From the human T2T-CHM13v2.0 reference genome, Homo sapiens, in assembly GCF_009914755.1 (NCBI RefSeq), contig NC_060931.1: a stretch of 64,000 bases of DNA, one strand, 5' to 3'. The notes under the pieces were generated by a model that worked only from the letters and a program-made list of their open reading frames with translations, did no database searches and had not been told where the DNA came from. How positions within the stretch are numbered: position 1 is the first letter of the stretch; each line of letters opens with the position of its first letter. Position numbers and translations under genes: made by a program. Shown here piece after piece: positions 32,580 through 57,460 of this stretch.

Positions 32580-33377
32580 AATTTGTGACTCTTTATGACT
32601 CATACCTCTCCTCCACAAAAAAAAAAAGAAGACATTACTTGAATTATCTATTATTTCAGAAGTTTCTCAACTCAGAGACATTTACATAATTCGGTGGATT
32701 CAGCATATAGTCCGGTATAAGGAAAAGGTTGCTTGATTGGTTAGATTGTTATTCCTCAATATTAAGGACCCATCAAATGCTACACTTAAGGATTCAGTCC
32801 TAACACCTACCCTGTAGGTTTGGAATCAGGCTCTGAAGGATCACGGGAAGTTCCAGGCAAATGATCAACGCTCAAGCAAAAGAGGGAGAGGAAAAGAATA
32901 GAAACATTGCATACAAATCCAAATGGTGACAGGTGCAAAGACCAAGAAAGGAGTGCATTAAAATGCTAGAGAGTAGAGTGAATGCAGTCACTAGGGGCTA
33001 CAGCCTGTGATAACTTCCCAGAGGAAATGGATTTGAGTAGTTTTGAGAGGGAAGTGAAATCATAACGGGAAGGAGAAATAGCCAAAATAGAAGTCACCTT
33101 CTCATAGAGACAAAATGAGCCTGTGGAGATTACATTAACCTTAGATAGCGTTTGAAAATATTCTTTAAAGAATATTTACTACCTTGCTGAAATTAGGTTA
33201 ACTTTTCTAAGTATCACCTGTAGAATATGTAATACCCACCATCTGGTGATTTTGTGAATAGTAAATGAAAAAATGAACTCTAAATGCTTAGCAGAGAAAT
33301 TATGCTCAATTCTATCATTGAGAAAAATAATGCTTATTCACTATAGAGGATTCCAGTCACATAGAAATACATAAAAT

Positions 33378-34917
<1,540 letters not shown>

Positions 34918-35780
34918 TCAGGCATTGATCGGCTCTGCAGACTAGTTTTTACAATATCTAATGGTACCGAATGTATGAGCCTGTCATTCACCCCAGAGAT
35001 GAATCTCGACAAAACAAAAGGAAAAAAAATTTTTACTTCTAGAAAGTAACACCTTACACAGCTCACTGGTCCCCAGAGAAGTGGACAGAGGTGACTCTAA
35101 TACAACTCCAGCTTTCTAACTAGCCAAGCAGCTTCTAAAAAGCCAAACCTGAGACCAAAATGGGTATAAGCTGCAACAGGGAGAGGAAAACTCAAATAGG
35201 GGAAGAGAGAACCATCCCCACATGATTTCGCCACCTCCTGGCCTTGCATATTTCTTTAGCCAAGATTGCACGGCCCATGGCTATAATCATTCTTTTGAAA
35301 ATGTGTTAACTTCAACTCCTCTGTCTCCTCTTCCTCCAAGCACTTGGCTGGCCAACCTGTGCTCCTGGGAGGCTGTCTCCTCTGCCCAGCCCACCTGTGG
35401 GGTGGAGGGCTGCAGAGGAAAGTGCCCTGTGAGGTTGCTGCCTGCCACCTCAGTGACCCTGGGCTGCAGTCCACGTGGCACCTCCAGTGGGCTCAGCACC
35501 TGTTCCCACAGCAGCAAGTCCATACCTTCACCACTGTCTTCTCATCTGTCCTCTCTCTGAGGAATAGCCCACCTCCTGCTTCACAGAGAAAACAGAAGGC
35601 ATCACAGAGGACACTGGTCACTGTCACCTGCACTCCAAGGCCAGCCCTCCACACATGCTGGGTGGCACTCACAATCAACACCCTCTTCTCCTGCATTCCC
35701 TGGTCTCCCTCTTCACCCAGTCATGGAAGGACACATGACCCAAGCTGGGCCAGAAAGCATCCTCTCTGGGACTTCCTCTA

Positions 35781-36158
<378 letters not shown>

Positions 36159-36409
36159 TCACCAGTACCCACTCTGCGGGCTCCCAGGTGAGACGCCGGA
36201 ACTACATTTCCCAGAGTCCCTATCATCCCATGGTTCCGGATTCAAGTTGGCCTGCAAAAGGTTCCTGCTCAATATCTGCAAGAAGGAAGGAGAGATGCCA
36301 TTCTCCTCTGGAGGCTGCTCCCTCTAGGCATGTGGGAGACATGAGGTTCCAGCGGCCCGCCACAACCTTGTGTGAGGTGGAGCACGGACCCTCCCTTTTT
36401 TTAGAGGCC

Positions 36410-37150
36410 TGTGGACCGTAAGCATGGAAATAAATCTTAAGTTCCTTCAGGGGAAATTCCAGGCGCCTAGCTAGCCCTGAGAAGTAAATAAATAACTTGT
36501 TAAACAAGAAGGTGATAGTAGCCTAAAACAACAGCTAAAGAAGTTGGAGTCCCAGAGATGTTTGCTTTCCCTATAGAAATTAAAGATAGTATCTTCACGT
36601 ATGTCCCTGAGTTGTCTTTCAGAGGCTTGGACCCCCTAACTGAGGACCCCCCAAACTGATCAGGGGCATGGCAGGTAGACCCCAGATAAGGGGGAAATGA
36701 AGACTAAACTTTATTGTCCTTTGTTCTAAGTTTTTTCCTGAAGGGCTTGGAGAAAGTCACTCCCCCTAACCAGTTAACTCTACTGGCTTTACATTTTTAA
36801 ACAAAGTTTCTCTTCCTTAGCCAATTGCAAACCAGAAGATGTTTAAATCTACCTATGACATGTAAGCCCCTAGCTTCAATATATCTCACCCTTTTCGGCC
36901 AAAATCAATGTGGAGCCTCCATGTATTGATTTATGATTTGCCTGTAGCTTCTGTTTTCCTGACATTTACCCCTGCCCTTAAAAACCTTACCTGCAAGCCA
37001 TCAAGGAGTTAGAGACTTAAGCATAAGCTGACGATTTCCCTTGCTTGGCACCCTGCAGTAAATGCCTTCTTTTCTATCACTGCAAAAACCTCAGTGTGAG
37101 TATCTGGTTTTACTGCACTGGAGGAGCAGGCCCCAGTTCACTTCTATAAC
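36410..37150 (+). mobile_element. ERV1-class solo LTR (subfamily uncertain)
   Basis: LTR-like organisation with AGTAAA polyA variant at ~37057 and a U5-like end. Confidence 0.55.
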
Positions 37151-37703
37151 CTGTGTGAACCTCTCACATTGGTCCTTCAGGCTGAGGTCACCAGCAGCAG
37201 CTTCCCTGACCTCCACTCTTTCAGCCTTTCCAATAACTCCCTACAGTAAAAGTCTCCTAAATGGAATACACAGAGGCTCTTCTGATATCCTGATCCAACC
37301 GTGATACAGAGATCTACCTTGCTCGTTTTAACAGCTGAATAGTATCCCAGTGCCTAACTGTCTTATAATGAATTTAACTTCTCCCTTAATGATGGACACT
37401 TGGGTTTTTCTAGCAATTTACTAACACAATTAATGTCAGGATGAACTTTCTTTCTTGCACACACATACACACATACAAGTTCTTTATTTGCCACCCTCAA
37501 GCACATGACTGCTGAATTGTGCTTTAAAGAACTTTCCATCACACCACGAACATGTCACATTGTTAGGTTCGTGTGATCACTATGAGGAAGAGGAGGGGGA
37601 GGGGACCATGGAGGCCGTAATGTCTAGACTCTTTCTTCCCTGTCTTCAGTTCACCAAATGTAGTTCAACTGTGGACAAAGGGGCTCTTTGAAGCGTCCTC
37701 TAA

Positions 37704-38160
<457 letters not shown>

Positions 38161-38187
38161 CCTAAATTTATTTTTTAATTGTCAAGT

Positions 38188-38920
38188 TGTTACCAGCAGT
38201 GAATCCATACAGGTCTGCAACAACCTCAGTTCTTGCCTCCTCAGAAGAAAGAATTCGACCAAGGGGGCATAAGGTAGAGTGAGAGACCAAGGCAAGTTTT
38301 ACAACAGTAGTGAAAGTTTATTAAAAAGTTTTATGGCGGGAATGAAAGAAAGTGAAGTACACTTGGAAGAGGGCCAAGCGGACAACTTGAGAGAGTCAAG
38401 TGTGCTGTTTGACCTTTGACTTGGGGTTTTATATGTTGGTATGCTTCTGGGGGTTGCATCTCTTCTCCCCTGATCCTTCCCTTAGGTTGGGCTGTCCGCA
38501 TGCGTGGTGGTCGGCCAGCACCTGGGCGGGGGGAAGCATGCGCAGTATGTTTACTGAGGTTGTACGCATGCTCACTTGAGGCGTTCTTCCCTTACCAGCG
38601 CAGTGCTACCAGAGGAAGCTAAACCAGTTAAACTACGCCATTTTGCCTCTTAGTGGGCATGCTTGAGTCCACTCACCCAACTCCTGATATCTTATTCGTA
38701 AGTTGCTAATCACCAATTTCAGATGTTTCTATTTATTGGGAGACAACCTTTCCCTGGCACTGCGACCAATTATTATTTTAGAGAGACAGCTTAACAACCG
38801 CTTGACCATCACCTGATGGTCCCCTGACATTCCTGGTGGGGGCAGGGGGCCTCTCCTGTTCCTGGGGCAGGCGCAGCACTCTCTTAGCTCTACCCTGTAG
38901 CCCCTGCTTCCACCATAACA
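38188..38920 (-). mobile_element. ERV1 (MER4-group, MER50-like) solo LTR
   Basis: TGTTACCAGCAGTGAATCC...CTCAGAAGAAAGAATTCGAC...AAAGTTTATTAAAA; ends ATAACA. Confidence 0.65.
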
Positions 38921-39732
38921 GTTCACAAAGAACTGGCAAACCCTTGAAATTTCCAATTTCCCTTCTTTTGCCATTTTCTGTAGGCTGCTATGATTCAAGC
39001 CAGAGAAAGCTGCCGCCTCAGCCCCCACCTCCATCGCCGCGGGGGTGAGGCCCCAGATACCTGCCTGGCTTCTTCAGCTCTCCCCTTGGCTCCTAGCTTT
39101 GTGCTGAATGGTCCTGCCTTCCCACAATGCCCTTATCTCACCAAATCTTCACCCTGAAGCCATGAATTAGAGCTTCTAGCTGACTAAATGCAGTATCTCT
39201 CAGAAATCTGTCATGTGTCCTTTCTGCTTCTCGTGCCCAATTAACTAATTAGCATCATTTTACAAACTTCTCTGGGCTAGCCCTAGAGCTCAGCTCTAAC
39301 ACCACCCAGGTCTCCAGGTAAAGCCTGGCTATACCTCCTATCCTTGTTTTGTTGCTGATAAATAAGCTTTTTATTGATCTTGCAGAAAAATTATTTTTCT
39401 AATTTTTTTCTCTTTTGCCTTTCTATCTTGAGTTGTGCCATGACAAAACACCACCAACCCCATTTTCCAAACCTTACATAGAGGTTCTCTTCCCCCTTCT
39501 CCCTGTGTGCCCAGCATGGTGTGAAAACACAGCCTGAAAATATTCTCTCCAGCTTCTTCTGTCAGGTTCCCCACCCTTCTCCATCAGCATTCTTAACGCC
39601 ACAGGGATTCCTTCCAGCCCACTTTGGAGTACAGTTTCCCTCAGGCCACAACATTTACTGTTATTTTATGAATAAAACTTTATTTTACTGGCGGTTGGTA
39701 AACTGAACGAACAAGTACTATTTATAAAATAA

Positions 39733-40078
<346 letters not shown>

Positions 40079-40965
40079 TACTGCCAGCTTTGTTTCTAAA
40101 GGGCATTACAAACATTGCCCTACTGGTGTTAGTAAACATACTTGTTTTAAAGGCTCAATTTTATCAGAAGAAACCTAGAAACAGAAACTGGAATGGTGTA
40201 AAAGGCTCTACCCTATGATTATTTGGTTTTCCCAAACCTAATTTTTTTTTGTAGATCTACATACATTAGCTATTCTTTATTCTTTGAAAATAGCACTTTA
40301 ACTTAGCGTAACTACCTAATCCCCATTTACTCATGAGATTTTAGAAGAGAGGAGTTCAGAAGGAAAAGTTATTCAACTTAAAACAAAATCTCTAAGTAAA
40401 TGATGCTTGAAGCAGATGAAAAACCAGCTGACCTACTTCCATTACTTAATTAAGAAGGTGGAATCAATATACAAGTGTTTGCTAATTTTATTCATTTTTT
40501 TGGTCAGTTACGTTTATGATATTCAGTGATGTCTGTTTACAGTAATGTATGTGTGTATATATATATACACAGTGAGGCAGTGAGGCAGAATCCACCTGCT
40601 AGATTAATTGCATTGTGTTTGGGTATCAGAAAAGGCCATGGAGCATTTATCTGTCCAGTGGCCAGTGAGTTGATTTGGGTTTGTTTTGCTTTTAAAAAAG
40701 AGGAAGAGGGTGGTAGTGATCTCCTCTCCAAGAGCCCTAAGCAGCTGACTTCAGGGTGTCACGGGGTCTTGCCGGCCTGGAAGCATTTCAACACCAGGCT
40801 CAGGTCCCTGCAGAGCAAATCCCATGACTCCAGTCACTGTTGTGCCAGAATTCTGTTGTGGGCAATTCAGTTTAAGTGAGCAAGTCTTGAAACATCTTTT
40901 TATGTTATAGGGATTTTATGGGAAGAGAGGCTTAATTCTGCAGGATTTGATTTATTTTAGTATTA

Positions 40966-41816
<851 letters not shown>

Positions 41817-43579
41817 TGAAAAGAGAATACAACTGCTCAGGAGAAGGCTAAGCATTCTGTATGCTGAGATCAGAGAGAAATTTCTCACGTACATGTAATG
41901 CCTTCAAAAGGATCCTCAGTGAATTCCTTTGGATGGACCACAGTGACTTCCCAGGGCTATTTCATATGATGTCCTTTTGCAGAATAGGGCGCTTCAGGCC
42001 AAAGTGAGCATGGGAAATCAGTTCTACAGGGAGCCAAGATGATGCCCTTTGGGGACCCATCTCAGCTTGTTAGCTGAGTGGGTTTTGGAGGGCCTGATGG
42101 GTGGTCAGACCTATTATCACTGAGCAAGCTCTGCAGCATCAGTGAGTTCAGGAAAGCATATTAATAACTGCTGGGCTTTGGTGCTGTGTGCTTAAAGGTG
42201 CTGAGCGAGAGGCAGGGTTAGGACTGGCTGCATGAATTGTGAGATCCAGGGCAAAATGAAAATACAGGGTTCCTTGTTCAAAAATTAGGAATATCAAGAT
42301 GGTGACAACAGAGCATTAAACCAACCGAAGCTCGTTTCTAAGAGTGGGGCCCTGTGGGACTGCACAAGTCACACCTCTATGTTGCTGGCCCTAGGCAGGA
42401 GATATGTCCTCATGAAAAGTCAAAGAACCTGGTGAGGACACAGCCTGAAGAGAAGGTCAAGCCAACCTGCATTCTGCTGAGCCCCAGACTGCAAACAGGT
42501 TCCTAAAGACTATGTCTCTCAAATCCCAAACTCGGGTGTGGGAGAAATACTACTTTATTTCTCATAACAAGTTAATTTTTGGCTCCACACCTCACATTAC
42601 AAGGCTGACAGAAAAGTAAATGAGTAAACAAACCCCCACCACCAATCACATCCTAAAGCCCAGTACCCCCTGCAGTTTTTGCATAGGAAGCTTTATTATT
42701 TGAGTTATTCAGGGTGCTTCCCCATAACAATCTCCTGCAAGAAATATTGGGGAGAACAGGGACAGTGGCATGTAGCCCCACTTGGTCTAACAGAGTGTTT
42801 TAATGAGAGCTGGAGGAGGAAGGTCAGTCTCTGGGTGACAGGCAGCCACTGGTGGGAGGATCCTGCCCCATTAGATGCTTCTCTGCCACCTCAGACCCGG
42901 GTGGGCCCAGCTCCACCTCCCAGGCTAGATGTAGCCAGGCCCCAAAGCTCAGGACGTTTACAGGAGGTCTAGAGCAGGAACCACCAAAGAATCAGAACTG
43001 TTCGTTCATTCAATGCATGTTTATTGAATGCCAGCTAGGTCAGGCACTGCTCTTGGGGCTAGGGAGACAGTCAAGAATAAAACAGACCCAAATCCCTGCT
43101 CTTGTGGAGCTCATATACTATTTATGGAAGACAGTCTGTTTTTAAATGAGTCAACCATCTTGTATCTAGGAAAATAATAAGTGCTATGTTAAAAAATAAA
43201 CATGAAAGGAAATAGGTTATACTAGGTGTGGCTATTGCTATTACCAATAAGGGTGTCAATGACGATCTCACTGAAAAGGGGCATTTGGGCAGAATACGAA
43301 GAAGTCAGGAAGCGAGCCAGGCAAATTCCTGGGGGAATGGTGGCTAGTGCACAGGCCCTGAGGTCAGAGAGCCTGGTGGGCTTGAAGCATAGCAGGAGAC
43401 TGTGGGGACCTTGAGCAGAGTGGGGTTGGTGCTAGGGGGTGAAGTCAGGGAGGGAGCAGTGGCTGCAGCAGCACTTGTGGAAGGATTAAGTGGCGTATTA
43501 GAGATAGAGAGGAATGAAAATTGGAGTTTAATTTTGGACACTTGATATTTGAGATGTTATTATATATCCACATAAGTTA

Positions 43580-45020
<1,441 letters not shown>

Positions 45021-46506
45021 GGTGAGAAAAATAGCCAATTCTATAGGCCCCTTCATGACCTCTCCCAGACGTGCTTTTACCCTTTTCACTCCAGACCTTT
45101 TGCTAATAGGCTAACAGAACCATAGACAAAGGTCTCCCTTTGGATCCAAAAAGGAGTAGAATAAGCTGGACAGTGACTCTCAAGTGGCTGGAGTTTTTTG
45201 TTTTGTTTTGAGTAAATCTAGGAACATTCTACTACGAGATCTGAGAAGGTTGTATCCTAGCCTAGAACACAGCCAGAGGCAAAAGCTTGCACGCTAATGT
45301 CTTACTGAAATATACAATCCAAGAGAGGCAGGAGTGATAGAAAAGGAGACCTGGGTCAGGGAAGGAGGGAGAACAAAGAGCAGGGGAGGGACTGCTGAGC
45401 TTGTCACAGCTTGCAACAAACGCAGCAGGTTGCTCCTTCTCACAGGACATCTCAAGAGAGGCCAGAGAAACCTACTGCATTTGAAACAGTCTGTTGTTGG
45501 GGAGGAAAGGCGAGTCACTTATCTGCTGGCTTCTTTCCATCTTCTCTCAAAATCCCCATAGGGCGTCAGCTTCCCAGTACTGCTCCACGTTGCGGAAGCC
45601 GAAGCCTCTGTCAGTGGGCTGTGCACATAGGCACTCCTTGGTCTGTGGTGGCCGAGTCTGTGGCCAGGGCTTTGCCACAGTGGGAGGAATGGGAGCTTTC
45701 ACTGAGACCACTCACGCTGGGAGGGAAGGTCACTAGGGTCAGCAGGTCTGGGAGGATGCCAGGCTGGTCTGGTAGAGTTGGGTGCCTGCAGTCTGTGCAC
45801 AGAAAGCTCCCTATATCTGGGTAAGTGTGGAGTTTCCAAAAAGGGTGATGGAACCCAAGGGACACTGCTGTGGTGGTGTTCCCAGACCCAGCAAGACTGA
45901 CAAGAGTAGGTGCACTAATTGGAAACAACTTTACCCTCTTTTGAGTGTTACCAATTCTACTGGGTTGAATAGTGGCCCCCCAAAATTCGTCTTCACCCAG
46001 AAGCCTGTGAATGGGACCTTATTTGGAAATATGCCCTTTGCAGAGGTATTCAAGTCAAGATGAGGTCAAACTGGATTAGGGTGGCCCCTAAATCCAATGA
46101 CTGGTGGTGTTACAAGAAGAGAGAAATTTTGGCCAGGCACGGTGGCTCACATCTGTAATCCAGCACTTTGGGAGGCTGAGGTGGGTGGATCACCTGAGCT
46201 CAGGAGTTTGAGACCAGGCTGGCCAACATAGTGAAACCCCCTCTCTACTAAAAATATAAAAATTAGCTGTGGGGCTGTGGGCATTGAGTGCTCACCGGAG
46301 AGGGAAGAAACAGTAGCGCTAAGCATAGCTCTGGTTTTTCTGGTCCACGATGGCCCCAAGTGAAAGAGACATTTCTGCTGATATATTTAGCCAAACATTG
46401 CTCACTAAAACTACCTATTCAGAAATTACTCAGACAGGCATTCCCTGTGATTTAAGAGTCCATTAATTATTTTGTCTTCTGGAATGAGCCATCCAGCCTA
46501 GGGCAG

Positions 46507-46870
46507 TGTTATGGCTGAATTGTGTCTCCCCAGAATTCACATATTGAAGTCCTGCCCTGCAGTGCCGCAAAATGTGACTGGGTTTGAAGATAGGATCTTT
46601 AAAGAAGTGATTGAGGTGAAATGAGGGCATATGGGCAGGCTGTAACCCAGGGTGATTGGTGTCCTTATAAGAAGAGACTAGGACACAGGCATGTGTGTAC
46701 ATAGCAAGAAGACGGCCATCTGAAAGCTAATGAAAGAAGTCTCAGAGCAAACAAACCTGCCAACACCTTGATCTCAGACATCAGCCTCCAGAACTGTGAG
46801 AAGTAAATTTCTGTGATTCAGGGTTCCCAGTCTGTGCTACTTTGTTATGGCAGCCCTAGCAAACTAGTAC
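46507..46870 (+). mobile_element. MLT1 MaLR LTR
   Basis: TGTTATGGCTGAATTGTGTCTCCCC...GGCAGCCCTAGCAAACTAGTACA. Confidence 0.8.
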
Positions 46871-48379
46871 AGGAAGCATCCTGGTGGCAAGAGATCACTT
46901 CGTTGGGAGCATCAGACATGCCTCAGGCAGGATCAGAAGTTGCACAGAGGCTTAGGGCTTGGGAGTAAATGATTTTTAGTTTTCAGTTTCCCTGCTCAGG
47001 TCTATTAGCGGAAATGAAAACGTCTAGGATCACTTCTTAGGGCTCCCAAGGACCCTCTCCTGGAGGGATTTAACAAAACAGAACCCAGGAGAGAAGAGGC
47101 AAGGGACAGCCAGGGGGCATATTATTCCACACTCGTGGAGCTCAGGAACAGTGCCACCTATGGCACTTCCTATTGATTGATATTTGAGAAGAAGCCCAGG
47201 CTGCCCTTTGACCTCTGTTTTTGGTCCAGAGAAAACGGATGCAGCTAGGAAGCCTTGCTCAGTGTGCAGCTAAATTGAGGACACATTCCAAGATGCTTAT
47301 TGGCCAGTGGCCAAGGCCCCTCAGCCAAACCCCACTTGCCAATAAAAGGAGACCATGACCCAAGTAGTGTGCCCAGAGCAACAGCTGGACAATTGTGTCT
47401 GGCTGTGAAATTCGAGTCCCAGGTCAGCACTGGCCAACAGGCTGCTGCACTTAGATGTTATAGCCAGGGAGGAACCAAGTCAAAGTACTGTTACTTGGTG
47501 AGGGGAGCAGAAGCCAGAGCCTGAGTTACTCTGAGAATGTATCCCCACAGCCTCTTACCAGTGGGGGGACTGGAGAATTGGTGGAATCCACCCAGCCTCC
47601 AGACAGGAACAGCCTCTATCAGAGAGCTGACAATGTTCCAAGTTTACCCCCACCCACTCACCCCTAACCTCTGCAAAGAGAAGGTTTGGGACAATTAGTG
47701 GGTGGAGAGCCCAGTGACCCCCCAGTTTTAGCTAGGGGTGGATCCCTTCCCATAGAGTATCAGGGGCAACCAACCTCCTCCCCTAGAATCCTCAGAGGGC
47801 TGACTTCAGGAAGAAGGCAGCAGGGCCGGGTCAGTGATGAGGCTAATGTTGTCATGGAAGGAGAGGGAAGTTTTCTGAGCAGAGAGGACCCCACCGTGCA
47901 AAGTGTAGGAGCCAGGGACAGCTCCTCACAATGTGTATCAGGAAACCATCTCATTGCAACTGACCTACGACTGGCTCAGTGCATTCCAGGAGACCACCTC
48001 TCACATAGCCCAGCAGGACCACCAGCTCTTCTCTATCACTAAACATGGGGGCAGGGTCAGCCCCACCCTTAAAGAGTCGGGAGCTTGTGGCTAAAAGGAA
48101 CTGTTTGTCTCTTTGCCCATTTTGTCCCTTCACCTCCTCCTCTGTCTGCTGGTGGGATGAGCATATCTTTCAGGATAATAATCTATAGGAGGTAACCAGT
48201 ATTAGAAAGAGAGAGGTTTGTTGATGTTGAAGCTACTCCAGTCTGAAGAATGGGAATATCTGTGTGGTCACCAGCCTTGGACACAAGGGCACAGCATGAA
48301 GCCAGAACTGGATGAGACAGAAGATGGGGGTTAGAGGACGACCGAAGGTAAGGGATTACAAGCATTTGATGGACACAGA

Positions 48380-52694
<4,315 letters not shown>

Positions 52695-52839
52695 TGAGCG
52701 AGTCAATCCACAATATCCATCACAGTGTGGATGGAATCAATTTGGGAGGGAAAATCAGGAGTTCAGTTTTGAACACTATAAATTTAAGTTGTCATTTCGA
52801 TATATGACTAGAGCTGAGTAGTAGGCAGGGAAATAAAAT

Positions 52840-53120
52840 GCAGTGTAATGTAGTGGTAAGAGCACAGATTCTGGAACCAGTCTGCTTGGTTTCATATCAT
52901 AGCTACCTCATTTATTAGCTGTGTGACATTGAGCAAGTATCTTAACCTCCCTGTGCCTCAGTTTTACCAGCTGTAAAATGACAATAATAATGTTATTTAA
53001 TAACCATTTATTTCAGTATCTTCCCGAGTAGTGTCGTTATGAGAAATTAAATGAGTTAATATTTGTAAAGCATTTAAAACACTGCCTGGCACAAAATAAC
53101 CAATGTATATGTGTTTGCTA
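52840..53120 (+). mobile_element. MIR
   Basis: AGCTGTGTGACATTGAGCAAGTATCTTAACCTCCCTGTGCCTCAGTTT. Confidence 0.7.
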
Positions 53121-54052
53121 TGATAATAATAATAATAATTTTAATTAATAATGGTTTGTTTAATTATTATTATTTTAATTAATAACCTAGCAAATACACA
53201 TACACAAATGCACTGCTTATTTTATTGTTGTTACTATGAGCTCACCTAAGGAGTACATGTAGCTAGAGCAGAGAAGAGATTGGAGCACTGTGACATCCAG
53301 AGGTCAAGGAGATGAGAAGGAACTAGCAAGGTGACTGAGCAGGAGGGACAAGGAGAAGTTGGTTCAAGAATCCAGGAAAAAGGATTGCAAGGAAAAGGGT
53401 GACCAGCAGTGCCTGATGGTGCTCTTAGTCGAAACAAGATGAAGCCCGAGAATGGACCATCAGATTTGACATAATAAGAAGGTCATGGTGACAAGAGCTG
53501 TCCAATGGGAAGGTGGGAAAGAAACCCTGATAGCAATGGTTTCAAAAGGGAATCAGGGAGAGGGTGTGAAGGCAGCAAGTGTGGCCATTCTTTTGAGGAG
53601 CTGCACTGCAAAGAGGAGCAGAGAACTGGGAGAGTAGCTGACCAGAAAGAAAATGGAAACCTCAGTCCTACAACCACAGGAACTGAATTCTGCTAACACC
53701 ATATGCGTTTGGAACAAGACCCTGGGATCTAGAATGAACACAGCCCACCTGACACCTTAATCACTGCCTGTGTGATGCTGAGCAAAGGACCCAGTTGAGC
53801 TGCGCTCAGACTTCTAACCCATGGAGATTATGAGATAATGAATTTGTGCATTTCCAAGCCGCTAAATTTATGGTAATCTGTTATGTAGCCCCGGGTAACT
53901 AATACAATGACTAAGTATAATGCAATATTAAGGAATTATTGTTAACATGTAACTGTTGTAATTTGGAGTTACAAAAAATGCTCTTTTTTTAGTGATGCAT
54001 ATGAAAGTGCTAAGGAAGTATCTGTGATTTGTTTAAAAATAAAGATAAAGAA

Positions 54053-54731
<679 letters not shown>

Positions 54732-56104
54732 TTATTAATCCAGGTGATGGATATACAGGAATCATTATACTGTTTTATGTCTTAAATTTTCATAATAAAA
54801 TGTAAATATATACATAATGATGTGTGTGTATGGGTGGGTGTGTGTGTTAGAGAGAGAAAAAGTGAGGGCCTAGTCTTAAGGCCCCTTTCTTCTCCTCCTG
54901 CTCCTCCTCCTTTATGTTGTTTCCTGATTGCCCTTTTGGTCTACCTCTCTTACAGGGCTGTCCCCTTTTGGCCTGCTGTCTTTCTGAAGATTGTACCTTC
55001 TAGAGCATATTTTCATAATCCCCTCCTAATAGAAGTTGTATTGAGCCTTTAATCTCCAGCCCTGTGTGTCATGGAATCTGGCGTGAGCTGACCCAGAAGG
55101 ACAGCCACCTCCCCTCAGTAGGTCTGGGTGAGCCCCTGGGGGCTGAAGTGTCATTGTACAATGGCCCTTATTCACAGCAGGGCTGCCTTTCAGGGGGCCT
55201 GGTGTGCTCTCCTCGTGCCAACCCCAGCTGTCTTTCTCACCATTCTGAGCTCTCCTCTGCCACCTTGGCCCAGGCCTTAATACTTTCTCAGAAACCCAAT
55301 TCCTTCGGCAGAAGCCACATGTTCCGCTCAGGCCCCATCTGACAGCTGTGGCCCCTGGCCCAGCCCCATAGACGTTCAGTGTTCCCTTTCACAGGCCCTG
55401 GTGTGTTCCTGCCAGAAAAGTCCACTTCCTTTACGATTCTCTTTTTCATGGTGTCACTTTTTTTGGCCTTGTGCATCATGCCAATTCCTTGCACACTTGA
55501 TGAAAGGATTCAGGGGCAGAGAACTTGAATCAATGGGGTCTTTTTATTTTTGAACATCAGTAAACAGCACAAATCAATTCAATGAGTTCAGCCCCCTTGG
55601 TTATTTTCGTGCTTACTGCAGTCTATGCCCAGCATTAAATCCCACTGAAAATGCCTCTTGTTATTGCCAGCTAATGAAGAATGTCGCTCTTTTTTCTAGG
55701 TTTGAACACACTCCAAAACATTGGCCTGAAAGATCAGTTTAACATTGGAAAGCCCTGAATGTAAAATCTTTAACTTTCCCCCTTAAACAGTTCATTGACA
55801 TTATTCTAATCATTTTCTTTCCTCTGCGTTTTACTGTACTCACTGGCAGTATTTTGATCTGTTTGTTAGTGCAAAATGCAGTCATTTATTTTCGAGACTT
55901 AGGAAGATATGCCAAAATCTTTCCCACTGATTAAGTTAAAGATTATGTAATTAGAGATTAAAAGGTACAGTTAACCTGTTGACTTGTCATAGTTGTACTT
56001 CCATCAAAGTGGCCCCTTTTCACCTTTTTTGGTCATTCTCAATATCCAGGCCCAGAAAGGACAGTTCACAGTATGTTTAGTGGCACTAGCAAAGAACGTA
56101 GACT

Positions 56105-57100
<996 letters not shown>

Positions 57101-57259
57101 GGCTGCCTCATATTTAAGGGGAAAAAAAGACAAAAAAAAAAACCATTAAACTTTTGTTCCCATTTGAAATATCAAGACATGAATTAAGTGGTGCAGACAG
57201 GTGGCTTCACCAGATACTGCTAACATCTAGTGAGGCCCTCTGCACAGTGAGAAGGTTCA

Positions 57260-57460
57260 ATGGTAGATTCTGGAACCAGACAGCAGGGATTCAAATGCCA
57301 GATCCAGTACTTACTAGCTGTGTGATCTTGGACAAATTACTTCTCTCTGTGCCCTAGTCTGCTCATCTATAAAATCAGAACAATTAGAGTTTCTACCCCA
57401 CGGGGTTGTTGTGAGTGTGTAGAATGCTTCGATTACTGTCCAGCATATGAAAAGCAATCG
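57260..57460 (+). mobile_element. MIR
   Basis: CTAGCTGTGTGATCTTGGACAAATTACTTCTCTCTGTGCC. Confidence 0.65.
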
